A DNA stretch of 32,000 bases from Vibrio alginolyticus NBRC 15630 = ATCC 17749 (GCF_000354175.2 NC_022359.1:1320001-1352000), one strand, 5' to 3'; positions 8,756-16,924 are shown, numbered from the stretch's first letter. Notes: generated by a model not told the origin, from the sequence alone. Numbers and translations are program-made.

Positions 8756-9109
8756 ATGGCTAAATCCGTTTTTGTACTTGGCATGGATATCACTTGGAAC
8801 TCAGCACGTGGTGACAGTGCTCAACTGAACGTGTCACGACCTCTACGTGAAATCAACTCAGAGAAATTCAAACGCCGCACTATCGGTGAATCCGGTGATG
8901 TGAATCCACAGTGGGACCAACCGTTGATGATTGATCATCAATACGCCCTATTACTTGAACGTACGGGCGCCCTCGTTCCTCGCCGTGAATACCAATTGCG
9001 TTTGGAGATTAACCCAGACGATCCATTGGCGGGCGCCATCGTTACGGAACTCATCCCTGTGGATGACGACATCAAGAAACATTTTGAAGCCTCGTTAAAG
9101 GCTAAATAA
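8756..9109 (+). CDS. Putative ssDNA-binding protein (pV analogue)
   Basis: 117-aa ORF directly after Rep. The call rests on position in inovirus genomes only, with no motif checked. Confidence 0.5.
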   Translation: MAKSVFVLGMDITWNSARGDSAQLNVSRPLREINSEKFKRRTIGESGDVNPQWDQPLMIDHQYALLLERTGALVPRREYQLRLEINPDDPLAGAIVTELIPVDDDIKKHFEASLKAK

Positions 9110-9120
9110 GGAATTTCGTT

Positions 9121-9366
9121 ATGCCTGTGTGTGCTTTACCTAACGCGGACGGTTTTCTCGCTGTCGTTCCTGACATTGAAGCGGCTTCATGCCGTGGTTA
9201 TGTCATGGTCACGGCTCAAGAATATGACACGTTAATGAGCTACACACAGCTGACTCCAGGAGAGATATCTCAAGCGTTCGGCTTGGGTTTCACCTTGGTG
9301 TTCGTTGGCGGATATCTCTCAACTTACGCCATCAAGATGGCAATACGTTTAATAAAACTACTTTGA
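9121..9366 (+). CDS. Hypothetical phage protein with a hydrophobic C-terminus (81 aa)
   Basis: The C-terminal hydrophobic stretch is FGLGFTLVFVGGYLSTYAI. It occupies a conserved position before the major coat gene. Confidence 0.5.
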   Translation: MPVCALPNADGFLAVVPDIEAASCRGYVMVTAQEYDTLMSYTQLTPGEISQAFGLGFTLVFVGGYLSTYAIKMAIRLIKLL

Positions 9367-9376
9367 GGAATCTGTT

Positions 9377-9610
9377 ATGAAACGTCTAAACGCGCTTAAA
9401 AAGTTCGGTAAACAAGCGGTGGCAACCGTCACTGTTGCGGTGCTTTCTGTCCCTGCTATGGCGGCGGAAGGTGGTGCCGCTGACCCGTTTTCCGCTATCG
9501 ACTTATCTGGTGTGGCAACCAAAATCGGCGCGGCAGGTCTGGTGATTGTCGGCATTACTATGGCTTACAAATCCATCACTCTTGCTAAGCGTGCTGTGAA
9601 CAAGGCTTAA
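9377..9610 (+). CDS. Major coat protein (pVIII-like)
   Basis: The signal peptide ends at ...VPAMA|AEGG. The mature protein of about 48 aa has an acidic N-terminus (AEGGAADPFSAIDL), a hydrophobic core (AAGLVIVGITMA) and a basic C-terminus (KSITLAKRAVNKA). Confidence 0.85.
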   Translation: MKRLNALKKFGKQAVATVTVAVLSVPAMAAEGGAADPFSAIDLSGVATKIGAAGLVIVGITMAYKSITLAKRAVNKA

Positions 9611-9614
9611 GTTT

Positions 9615-9707
9615 ATGTTGGCCGTTCTCCACGATGTCCAACTCATCGTCTTTGTGCTTTTGGGTGGCATTGCCGGATACGTGGCCAGCCAAAACTTTAG
9701 AGGATAA
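9615..9707 (+). CDS. Small hydrophobic protein (30 aa), candidate minor coat protein (pVII/pIX-like)
   Basis: It is absent from the track because it is under 60 aa. The sequence is MLAVLHDVQLIVFVLLGGIAGYVASQNFRG. It starts 5 nt after the coat gene stop. Confidence 0.4.
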   Translation: MLAVLHDVQLIVFVLLGGIAGYVASQNFRG

Positions 9708-9730
9708 GGGGGCTTCGGCTCCCTTTTTTA
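9706..9730 (+). terminator. Rho-independent terminator after the coat genes
   Basis: GGGGGC-ttcg-GCTCCC (one G-U pair, UUCG loop) followed by TTTTTT. This placement is typical of inoviruses. Confidence 0.7.
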
Positions 9731-9743
9731 TTGGTTTAATACA

Positions 9744-11219
9744 ATGAATCACTATCTCCGTTTTTTTATTGCCCTTGTTATTCTATGCGCCAGTCATCAT
9801 ACGTATGCTTTAGAAGCACGTATTAGTCATATGCAAATGAGGGGGTGTGGCTCTCAAGGTGATTGGGTTGACCCTTACAAGGTGAATACTTGTTTTTTGG
9901 ATACTGGGTATTTCGACTCATGCACATTTGAGAAGACATCATATGCTAATGCTCGCGATCCCTATCAAACAGTTTGTGATAATGGGCTCGGTCTTTCTTA
10001 TTCTGAGGTTCGTTGTCCAGAAAATAGCGAATTTGACCCTTCAACCTTACGTTGTAAATCGGTTTGTGAATATGGCAAGAACCCTGACGGCACTTGTATG
10101 GACGTGTGTCAGTTTAAAAAGTCCATTGATGAAATCAAATCGCTTCAGTGGTTGGCTTATGTCTATGGCGAACAAGTGACAGGGTCATGTTACGGCGATT
10201 ATGGCGCAACCCGTTGTGAATTGGAGCGTACTCCTAGTGATAGTACGCTGTGTACGGGTGTTGATTCCGGCCAATGGACACAAAACACCATCTGTCATGG
10301 TAACTTTCAATTCACAGGCAACCAGTGTGAAGGCGGTACACTCTTCTGGGGTAAAGATGGCCCTGACACCCCTATTATTCCTGATGACCCCATTCATGAC
10401 CCTGACGACCCAACAGGCGACATCGAAGACCCTAGCGTATTACCTGATGGCTCAACCAATACGGTGAATCCACCGGATACCGACAGTGAGCCAGACGTGG
10501 AAGAGCCAGACACCGATGAATCGACAGACACGGCAGTTCTGAAAGCCATTACTGGAATGAATAAGGACGTCAACAAAGCACTAAACGACATGAACATCGA
10601 CATCAATCAAGCCAGTGCTGACGTTCAAAACCAAATCATTGCGCTGAATGCGTCGATGGTCACCAACACGCAAGCCATTCAAAAGCAGCAAATCAACGAC
10701 AACAAGATTTACGAAAACACTAAGGCCCTTATCCAACAAGCGAATGCTGACATCACCACGGCCATGAACAAGAACACCAATGCCGTTAATGGTGTGGGTG
10801 ACGATGTAGAGAAAATTGCAGGGGCAATGGATGGTATCGCGGATGAAGTTTCCGGTATTTCTGACACCTTAGACGGTATCGCAAACACAGATACGTCTGG
10901 TGCAGGTACGGGTGGTACGTGTATCGAGTCCCAAAGTTGTACCGGATTTTATGAGTCGGGCTATCCCGATGGCTTAGGTGGTTTGGTGTCCGGTCAGTTA
11001 GATGATCTTAAACACAACACCATCGACAACTTTGTGAACTCGTTTGGTGACCTCGACTTATCCAGTGCCAAGCGCCCTTCTTTCGTGCTCCCTGTGCCGT
11101 TCTTCGGTGACTTCAGTTTTGAGGAGCAAATCAGCTTTGATTGGGTGTTCGGTTTTATTCGTGCGGTGCTCATCATGACGTCAGTGTTTGCGGCGCGTCG
11201 TATTATTTTTGGAGGTTAA
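9744..11219 (+). CDS. Minor coat/adsorption protein (pIII-like)
   Basis: 491 aa. It has a signal peptide (MNHYLRFFIALVILCASHHTYA), a Cys-rich N-terminal domain, a D/P-rich linker (PDDPIHDPDDPTGDIEDP...), an N/Q-rich helical region and a C-terminal membrane anchor (FIRAVLIMTSVFAARRIIFGG). Confidence 0.75.
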   Translation: MNHYLRFFIALVILCASHHTYALEARISHMQMRGCGSQGDWVDPYKVNTCFLDTGYFDSCTFEKTSYANARDPYQTVCDNGLGLSYSEVRCPENSEFDPSTLRCKSVCEYGKNPDGTCMDVCQFKKSIDEIKSLQWLAYVYGEQVTGSCYGDYGATRCELERTPSDSTLCTGVDSGQWTQNTICHGNFQFTGNQCEGGTLFWGKDGPDTPIIPDDPIHDPDDPTGDIEDPSVLPDGSTNTVNPPDTDSEPDVEEPDTDESTDTAVLKAITGMNKDVNKALNDMNIDINQASADVQNQIIALNASMVTNTQAIQKQQINDNKIYENTKALIQQANADITTAMNKNTNAVNGVGDDVEKIAGAMDGIADEVSGISDTLDGIANTDTSGAGTGGTCIESQSCTGFYESGYPDGLGGLVSGQLDDLKHNTIDNFVNSFGDLDLSSAKRPSFVLPVPFFGDFSFEEQISFDWVFGFIRAVLIMTSVFAARRIIFGG

Positions 11220-11220
11220 T

Positions 11221-11535
11221 ATGGATTGGTTAGTCGATTTATTTAACAAGCTGTTGGTGTTCCTCTATCAGCTTTTAATCTCACTGGTCAACATGCTCAA
11301 AGACCTGTTCTTTTGGGCGGTTGAGCAAATCATGGCAATGGTGAATCTGTTGCTCTCTGGTGTGTTCTCCCTATTCGCACCGGTCGATATGAGCCAGTAC
11401 ATGACCAGCATTCCGCCTACGGTGGCTTGGGTTATGGCGGCGGTCGGTGTGCCTCAATGCCTGTCTATCATTCTGGCCGCTATTACTGTGCGCTTGATGC
11501 TGCAATTGATTCCGTTTACGAGGTTAGGCTCATGA
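11221..11535 (+). CDS. Hydrophobic minor coat protein (pVI-like)
   Basis: 104 aa, starting at ATG 11221 just after the pIII stop. It has several hydrophobic helices and lies directly before the zot-like gene. Confidence 0.6.
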   Translation: MDWLVDLFNKLLVFLYQLLISLVNMLKDLFFWAVEQIMAMVNLLLSGVFSLFAPVDMSQYMTSIPPTVAWVMAAVGVPQCLSIILAAITVRLMLQLIPFTRLGS

Positions 11536-12674
11536 TATACGCCATAGCAGGAAGACCAGGTGGCGGTAAAACCTATGAGGCGGTTGCCTATCACATTATT
11601 CCGGCCATTAAGGATGGCCGCAAAGTCATTACCAATATCACCTTAAACATTGATTGGTTCGTTAAGGTGTTTGGTGAAGACGTTCGAGAGCTCATCAAAA
11701 TCGTGGATGGCCGTTTAACGGATTTTGGTTCAACCTCACGTCCGTTCAGTCAGATTGAAGACTACTCGGACGAATGGCGTAATGAAAAAGGACAAGGACC
11801 ACTTTATGTGGTCGATGAGGCGCACATGAGCTTGCCAAGTCGAGGCTTGGCCGCGCCCATTCTAGAATGGTACTCAATACACCGTCACTACGGTGTCGAT
11901 ATCATCTTGCTCACGCAGAACATCCGCAAAGTGCATCGAGACATTAAGGACATGATTGAAGTGACTTACCGATGCACAAAGAACACGGCCATGGGCTCAA
12001 CCAGTTCTTACACCAAGAAAGTGCAAGATGGTTGTGCCGGTGAAGTGGTAAACACCTCTACCCGATTTTATAAGTCAGAGTACTTCCCGTTCTATAAGAG
12101 TCATTCGCAATCCAACAAGCAAGTGCAGGAAGCCGAAGCAAAAGACATTCGCCCGTTCTGGAAGCGTTGGCCTGTCGTCGGAACGGGGGTGCTGCTATCG
12201 CTTGGATTGGTTTTCAATATCTGGGCTTGGTGGCCGGAGCCAGAGCAACCGCCCGACCCCGTTAAACCACCACAACCAGTACAAGCGCAGCTGCCTGACG
12301 GAACGCCAACGGTAGATACGGCAGAAACCAAAGCGAAGAAGAAAAAGAAAGCATCAGGGTTCGGGCCTTTGGAAGATTACGACTTCTACATCACCGGATA
12401 CGCAAAGCAAATCGCCTACGCCAAACGGCTGAAGTATGCTGCCGAACTCGACCGTGACCTGACGTTCTACAAGATATACATCGATGTGTACGATGGCCGC
12501 GACAAGCTATTCAGTTTCGATCATCTGGACTTGGTAAAGATTGGGTATCAGTTCGAAGTGTTGAGCGACTGCGTATATCGAGTGACTTGGGAAGAAACAG
12601 AAAGGATCTTCACGTGCGGCCAAAGAGAAAAGCCATCAGACATATTGCAGCAAAACATGCCTGTCCATATCTAG
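11532..12674 (+). CDS. zot: Zot/pI-like phage assembly ATPase
   Basis: The start MIYAIAGRPGGGKTYEAV carries a Walker A motif. LYVVDEAH is the Walker B motif. A central TM segment (WPVVGTGVLLSLGLVFNIWAWW) and a P-rich linker follow. ATG 11532 overlaps the pVI-like stop. The protein is 380 aa. Confidence 0.85.
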   Translation: MIYAIAGRPGGGKTYEAVAYHIIPAIKDGRKVITNITLNIDWFVKVFGEDVRELIKIVDGRLTDFGSTSRPFSQIEDYSDEWRNEKGQGPLYVVDEAHMSLPSRGLAAPILEWYSIHRHYGVDIILLTQNIRKVHRDIKDMIEVTYRCTKNTAMGSTSSYTKKVQDGCAGEVVNTSTRFYKSEYFPFYKSHSQSNKQVQEAEAKDIRPFWKRWPVVGTGVLLSLGLVFNIWAWWPEPEQPPDPVKPPQPVQAQLPDGTPTVDTAETKAKKKKKASGFGPLEDYDFYITGYAKQIAYAKRLKYAAELDRDLTFYKIYIDVYDGRDKLFSFDHLDLVKIGYQFEVLSDCVYRVTWEETERIFTCGQREKPSDILQQNMPVHI

Positions 12675-12775
12675 ACCGCTCGCCACAGCGTCGAAGCTAG
12701 CGCAGTCTGCGTAGACCGAGGAAGCGGAACATGTAGGACACCAAACCTTGGCACTTCCACACCGAACTTAATCAT

Positions 12776-12800
12776 GGGGCTCTATACGAGCCCTTTTTTA
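12776..12800 (+). terminator. Rho-independent terminator after the zot-like gene
   Basis: GGGCTC-tatac-GAGCCC followed by TTTTTT. Confidence 0.7.
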
Positions 12801-13041
12801 TTACGTGCGCGGTATTGCGAGCATTTTGGGAGGGGCCCGCTTTGCGGGAGGGACCTAAAAGCGGAGCAAACCCCCGAATCTGTATTACGGGGGTAAATTC
12901 CACGATTTCTTCAGCCTCCTCCCTGCCTATGCAACAAAGTTAAATTGTTGATATGCTTATTTAGTAACTAAGGCTTTGAGCATATCCTGTAAAATCAGTC
13001 ATATGGCAACGTGAATAACATTAGATAATTTGGAGAGATTT

Positions 13042-14382
13042 GTGAGATTAACAGTTCCAGAGTTACAGCTTAATGATGGTGAGTACTTTTCGACAGAAAG
13101 GGACATATTCAATAGAAAGCCGTTTGGAGATCACCTTTATAACTTAATTAATAATTCAGAGGAAAATTTGGTTTTAGCTCTGGATTCACAATGGGGGGAA
13201 GGGAAAAGTACATTCATAAAAATGTGGACTAATGAGAATAAACATAACCGTGAGGTACCTTTAGAAACTATATACTTTGATGCATTTCAAAATGATTACC
13301 AGAAAGAGCCATTTTTAGCTTTAGCATCAGAGGTTTATGAGTTACTAGAAGATAAAGCAACCACTAAGACGGCAGAGTTCAAAAAAAAAGCAGCGAAAGT
13401 ATTTAAAACGTTTAGTCGGGGCATGATCAAAACAGGAGTTCGTATTGGTACTGCTGGACTTGTAAATGATACTTTATTAGATCAAGCTGAAAAAGATATT
13501 TCAGAGCTAGTGTCAGAACAAGTTGATTCAATAATATCTTCTAAATTTGAGAGTTCTAAAGCTGATAAATTGGCTCTTAAGAACTTCAAAGAATTTCTTT
13601 CAGATATCGCCCTGAATCATACTTCAAGCGGAAAAATTGTATTTGTGATTGATGAACTCGACCGTTGCAGACCAGACTTTGCGCTAGACTTATTAGAAAA
13701 TATCAAACACTTATTCTCTGTGTCGGGCGTAACATTCTTACTTGTTATGAACAGAAGGCAATTGGAAGAGTCTGTAAAATGCAGATATGGAAATGGTATT
13801 GACTCAGTGACTTACTTACAAAAGTTCATTGATGTTTGGCTATCTTTACCTCGTAAGACGCCAGCTCTATCTGAACAAGATGACGGAGTTACTTATTTAA
13901 CTAATTCTTTTAAATTAATGGCAGCTGAAGGGAACGTAGACAATAGAGGAGCATTATCAGCAATTACAGACTTAGTAAGACACTTAAAGCCTTCATTTCG
14001 CGACATTGAACGGATATTAACTTACTTTGCCCTTATTGAAAATTCGCGTAGTTATGCTTTTAACGAATTCTATCAGGATATTATGGGCACTGTGTGTTTC
14101 TTGAAAGTTACCAACCCTAAACTACTAGATAATATTATGAATGGCCGTGCGTCGAGTAAAGATGTTCTTGAACATCTTCAGCTAACAAACCAAAACCTAC
14201 GTTCTGAAGGAGATCCACTTAAGTATTTAGCATTAGAGATCGAATACGATTTATCAGCGCCAGAAAGAAAAAATGAAATCGAATCGAATGAGAGGATAAA
14301 TTTGCGAGGCTACCCCTCTGGTTCAGTGAATATTTTTAAACGCTTCATAGAGGAACTTAGCAACATATACCCTCAATATTAA
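13042..14382 (+). CDS. KAP-family P-loop NTPase (soluble variant), phage cargo gene
   Basis: Walker A is DSQWGEGKSTF. The KAP-type Walker B block is IVFVIDELDRCRPDFALDLLENIKHLF. No hydrophobic insertion lies between the two motifs. GTG 13042 lies 4 nt after GGAGAG, and the track's TTG 13030 is the alternative start. Confidence 0.8.
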   Translation: MRLTVPELQLNDGEYFSTERDIFNRKPFGDHLYNLINNSEENLVLALDSQWGEGKSTFIKMWTNENKHNREVPLETIYFDAFQNDYQKEPFLALASEVYELLEDKATTKTAEFKKKAAKVFKTFSRGMIKTGVRIGTAGLVNDTLLDQAEKDISELVSEQVDSIISSKFESSKADKLALKNFKEFLSDIALNHTSSGKIVFVIDELDRCRPDFALDLLENIKHLFSVSGVTFLLVMNRRQLEESVKCRYGNGIDSVTYLQKFIDVWLSLPRKTPALSEQDDGVTYLTNSFKLMAAEGNVDNRGALSAITDLVRHLKPSFRDIERILTYFALIENSRSYAFNEFYQDIMGTVCFLKVTNPKLLDNIMNGRASSKDVLEHLQLTNQNLRSEGDPLKYLALEIEYDLSAPERKNEIESNERINLRGYPSGSVNIFKRFIEELSNIYPQY

Positions 14383-14397
14383 ATTCGCTTTTTGATT

Positions 14398-14421
14398 AGG
14401 CTCCCTAAGGAGCCTTTTTTA
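14398..14421 (+). terminator. Terminator between the convergent KAP gene and the 122-aa gene
   Basis: AGGCTCC-ctaa-GGAGCCT followed by TTTTTT. Confidence 0.7.
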
Positions 14422-14787
14422 TTGCACTAACCCCTTTAATACTCTTGCATATTTTAGGATTTGGTGTGCAATTTTCATATCATTTGAAGCGCCTAATTCT
14501 AGCAAAGCGACCCCAATCAATACTTGCTGCGCAGTCACCAACTGTCCTGTTGGAAGCTCTAATCGATCATGCCTCATTACGAAGTTTTCCCAATCTTCAC
14601 AGGAGCTCAATTCCCTACCCTTATTCATCCTCATTAAGCGTTTACACTCTGGCGGAATGGATTTCCCTTTATCCCACTCTTTGACCGTTCTCACAGTTTT
14701 TAAACAAAGTTTGGCAGCTTCTTCGACGGTTAAACCACATTCAAATTCACGAAAAATATAGTTTTTAGTCATTTCGTGATACTTCAT
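14419..14787 (-). CDS. Phage regulatory/DNA-binding-like protein (122 aa, possibly DUF3653-like)
   Basis: The ECGLTVEEAAKLCLKTVRTVKEWDKGKSIPPECKRLM segment resembles an HTH. ATG 14787 is preceded by GAGGGA. Its composition resembles the phage core, not the AT-rich KAP gene. The family assignment is from memory only. Confidence 0.5.
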   Translation of the reverse strand: MKYHEMTKNYIFREFECGLTVEEAAKLCLKTVRTVKEWDKGKSIPPECKRLMRMNKGRELSSCEDWENFVMRHDRLELPTGQLVTAQQVLIGVALLELGASNDMKIAHQILKYARVLKGLVQ

Positions 14788-14839
14788 TGAATTGTCCCTC
14801 AAAAGAGAGACATTTTATAGGATACGCATATGCAATCGT

Positions 14840-14868
14840 ATTCAACATAAGCGCCCATAATACGAACT
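14840..14868 (-). other. dif-like site, right attachment junction of the prophage
   Basis: ATTCAACATAA-GCGCCCA-TAATACGAACT is in the same orientation as dif at 6208. The XerD-side arm matches 10/11 and the XerC-side arm 9/11 when a 7-nt spacer is allowed. Confidence 0.65.
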
Positions 14869-14874
14869 TAAGAG

Positions 14875-15108
14875 TTAGAAGATTAGCATTGGTGAAGTCA
14901 GTTTAGTTACACCGTATTTGGCTGTTGCTGCTTTGCAAGCCTCATCAGCTGTCTTGTATGGACCGTGAACTTCGATTTCACCACAGCGACAACTTGATAA
15001 TAACCAGTCATCAACTTTAAAACCGTGTGGCTGATTAAGTTCCTTCATTGTATCTTGGGTTACGTTCAACACTGTACACGTTGGTTCTGCATCTTGCTCA
15101 TTCAACAT
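14875..15108 (-). CDS. Hypothetical small protein (77 aa)
   Basis: An ORF only, with no recognisable domain. It sits directly right of the dif-like site. Confidence 0.35.
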   Translation of the reverse strand: MLNEQDAEPTCTVLNVTQDTMKELNQPHGFKVDDWLLSSCRCGEIEVHGPYKTADEACKAATAKYGVTKLTSPMLIF

Positions 15109-15205
15109 GAGTCAACATGGACACGCATTTGCTTAACCCAAACGTATAAGTACTAGATTACCTTTATAGGAACAAAGAATCTAACAGATGTAAACTCTCT
15201 ACTTT

Positions 15206-15415
15206 TCAATCTATACCTAGATCTTTCTTCATATGTTCACTCAACTCGTTAGTGGTTCTTACATTAATCTTATGTTTGCAATGATGGATTCTCAACTCTT
15301 CACCAAATAATTTTACTAGTGATTTGGTATACAAAGTACTAATATTATTTATTGTTCTATACAATGTATCTTTCTGATAAACAGATCTTTTCGAATTTTG
15401 TATTGCAGTCTTCAT
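15206..15415 (-). CDS. Possible LuxR-type HTH fragment (69 aa)
   Basis: ELRIHHCKHKINVRTTNELSEHM loosely resembles the recognition helix and C-terminus of LuxR/FixJ HTH domains. The ORF overlaps the upstream ORF by 59 nt in another frame. Confidence 0.3.
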   Translation of the reverse strand: MKTAIQNSKRSVYQKDTLYRTINNISTLYTKSLVKLFGEELRIHHCKHKINVRTTNELSEHMKKDLGID

Positions 15416-15707
15416 ATTTTAATATCCTTACACGTTTAACTTTATAATTTAAAAAATCAATTTCAACTTTTATTATTACTTTTTTCGATATGTAATGAGT
15501 CATTATCAATGATGCACAATCAACAATTAAATCACCCGAATCCAACTTAGTAATTTCACGAGACAAACTTTCTATTTTTAAATCTTTATTTTCTATATTT
15601 AATCCGATTGAGTTAATTCCTTCAGGATATCGGTTTAACTTAATATCCAATATGGTTTTATTAAGATAGTAGTCTGCCATTATTTCATGGCGGCTTTTAA
15701 ATATCAT
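15357..15707 (-). CDS. Hypothetical protein, possibly the N-terminal part of a frameshifted LuxR-family regulator
   Basis: ATG 15707 (MIFKSRHEIM) follows a strong GGAGGGGG Shine-Dalgarno run. The locus is extremely AT-rich. The ORF ends in ...LSERYIV, where a LuxR HTH would normally begin. Confidence 0.4.
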   Translation of the reverse strand: MIFKSRHEIMADYYLNKTILDIKLNRYPEGINSIGLNIENKDLKIESLSREITKLDSGDLIVDCASLIMTHYISKKVIIKVEIDFLNYKVKRVRILKYEDCNTKFEKICLSERYIV

Positions 15708-15788
15708 TGTCCCCCTCCGATGATGCAAGTTATACTTTCCCACCAGTTAAAAGACAACGTGACTCAGAGTTGCAAAAAGGTAACAATC

Positions 15789-16628
15789 ATGGAATTGATG
15801 AACAATGAGCTGATCTGCTTTGCAGCCATTTGTAAACACCTCTCTCTTACAGAGGCATCAAAAGAACTTGGAAAGTCTAAAGCTCAAGTCAGCAGGCAGC
15901 TAGCAGCATTAGAAAAACAACTTGGCGTAACACTCGTCCACAGAACAACAAGGAAACTCGTTTTAACTGATCATGGCGAAAGCATTAGAGAGCTTGCTAT
16001 CAAGACGTTAGAGAGTTTGCACGAGTTAAATTACAGAGCTAGCTCGTTGAGTGAATGCATTGATGGAAAGTTTAAAATCACAATGCCCAACTCTATAGCC
16101 TCTTCTATTTTTGGTTCTGTTCTTAAAGACTTAAAAGAACGATATCCAAAAGTTGATTTTGAAATATCGTCAAGTAACAATGTAGAAAATTTATTAGAAA
16201 GCAACGTAGATTTAGCGATTAGGCTTAATAATGTTATTGATGACACTCTTATTGCACATAAAATTGGTGATTATAGTGATGTTTTGATATCTAGGGTAAG
16301 TAATGCCAACAACAAAACACTATTAATCTACAAACATCATTCGAATAAGGAATCAATTAAAAATCAATATACTGATGTTATCGAAGTTGATAACACCTCT
16401 ATTTTAATAAACTTTGCTTCTGAGGGAGTTGGGGTTGGTGTCATTCCAAACTATCTTATTAAAAGTAACTATATAGACAAAAACATCCGAATATCGCAAA
16501 CTTTTGATATAGAACGTTCCATGTATATTGCCTACCCTTATCAAAACCCTTTGCCAAGAAAGCTAGCTGAGATATCTACTTTTATTAGGTCTGAGTTATC
16601 ACAAGTATTGAAGAGTGAGTCATTTTAG
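15789..16628 (+). CDS. LysR-family transcriptional regulator
   Basis: The N-terminal HTH is FAAICKHLSLTEASKELGKSKAQVSRQLAALEKQLGVTLVHRTTRKLVLTDHGE. I set the start at ATG 15789 rather than the track's 15687. Confidence 0.8.
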   Translation: MELMNNELICFAAICKHLSLTEASKELGKSKAQVSRQLAALEKQLGVTLVHRTTRKLVLTDHGESIRELAIKTLESLHELNYRASSLSECIDGKFKITMPNSIASSIFGSVLKDLKERYPKVDFEISSSNNVENLLESNVDLAIRLNNVIDDTLIAHKIGDYSDVLISRVSNANNKTLLIYKHHSNKESIKNQYTDVIEVDNTSILINFASEGVGVGVIPNYLIKSNYIDKNIRISQTFDIERSMYIAYPYQNPLPRKLAEISTFIRSELSQVLKSESF

Positions 16629-16924
16629 GGCGGTTGTTCAGATTTAGAATTTTGCGTTGTCTACTCAACTAGGCCTAACGCTAATCTTTGTAACATATTG
16701 TTTCGGCGGTATTTATTAACACCCCCATCTTTATGCTTGCTATCACAATGTGAGATGCTCTGCCGTCTTGTTATCAAGGTTTTGCGTGGAATAAATCACG
16801 TGGGGTAAACGATAGATTGACTTACATTAAAATTTTCATCAAAAGCAACTTTATATAAAATTGATTTCATACCAATCTATGTGTATCTTCTACCCATATC
16901 CCCACAATAACCAAGGAGAATGCC

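Larger units (their letters stand above)
6208..14868. mobile_element. Integrated filamentous (Inovirus) prophage, Vf12/Vf33/f237/VGJ-like, a XerCD-dependent IMEX
   Basis: Bounded by dif (6208-6235) and a same-orientation dif-like site (14840-14868). It contains Rep, an ssDNA-binding-position ORF, a pVIII-type coat protein, and pIII-like, pVI-like and Zot/pI-like genes in canonical order. The ORF lengths 117/81/77/491/104/380 aa match my recollection of vpf117/81/77/491/104/380 in V. parahaemolyticus phages Vf12/Vf33. Confidence 0.85.

Noticed and set aside
9358-9555. 65-aa ORF antisense to the major coat protein gene
   Set aside because: It is the mirror frame of an Ala/Val-rich coat gene and has no independent support.
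12679-12706. GCTAGCGCAGT after the zot stop, considered as a junction between two tandem IMEXs
   Set aside because: The XerC-side arm matches only 6/11 and the XerD-side arm essentially not at all. The sequence is more simply part of a CGCAGtCTGCG palindrome.
12801-12830. XerC-arm-like CGTGCGCGGTA (8/11) with the central hexamer CGTGCG nearby, considered as an internal att site or a CTX-type hairpin attP
   Set aside because: It is inverted relative to the two flanking dif-type sites. The adjacent XerD-side arm matches only about 4/11. No complementary partner lies within about 100 nt to form a forked hairpin.
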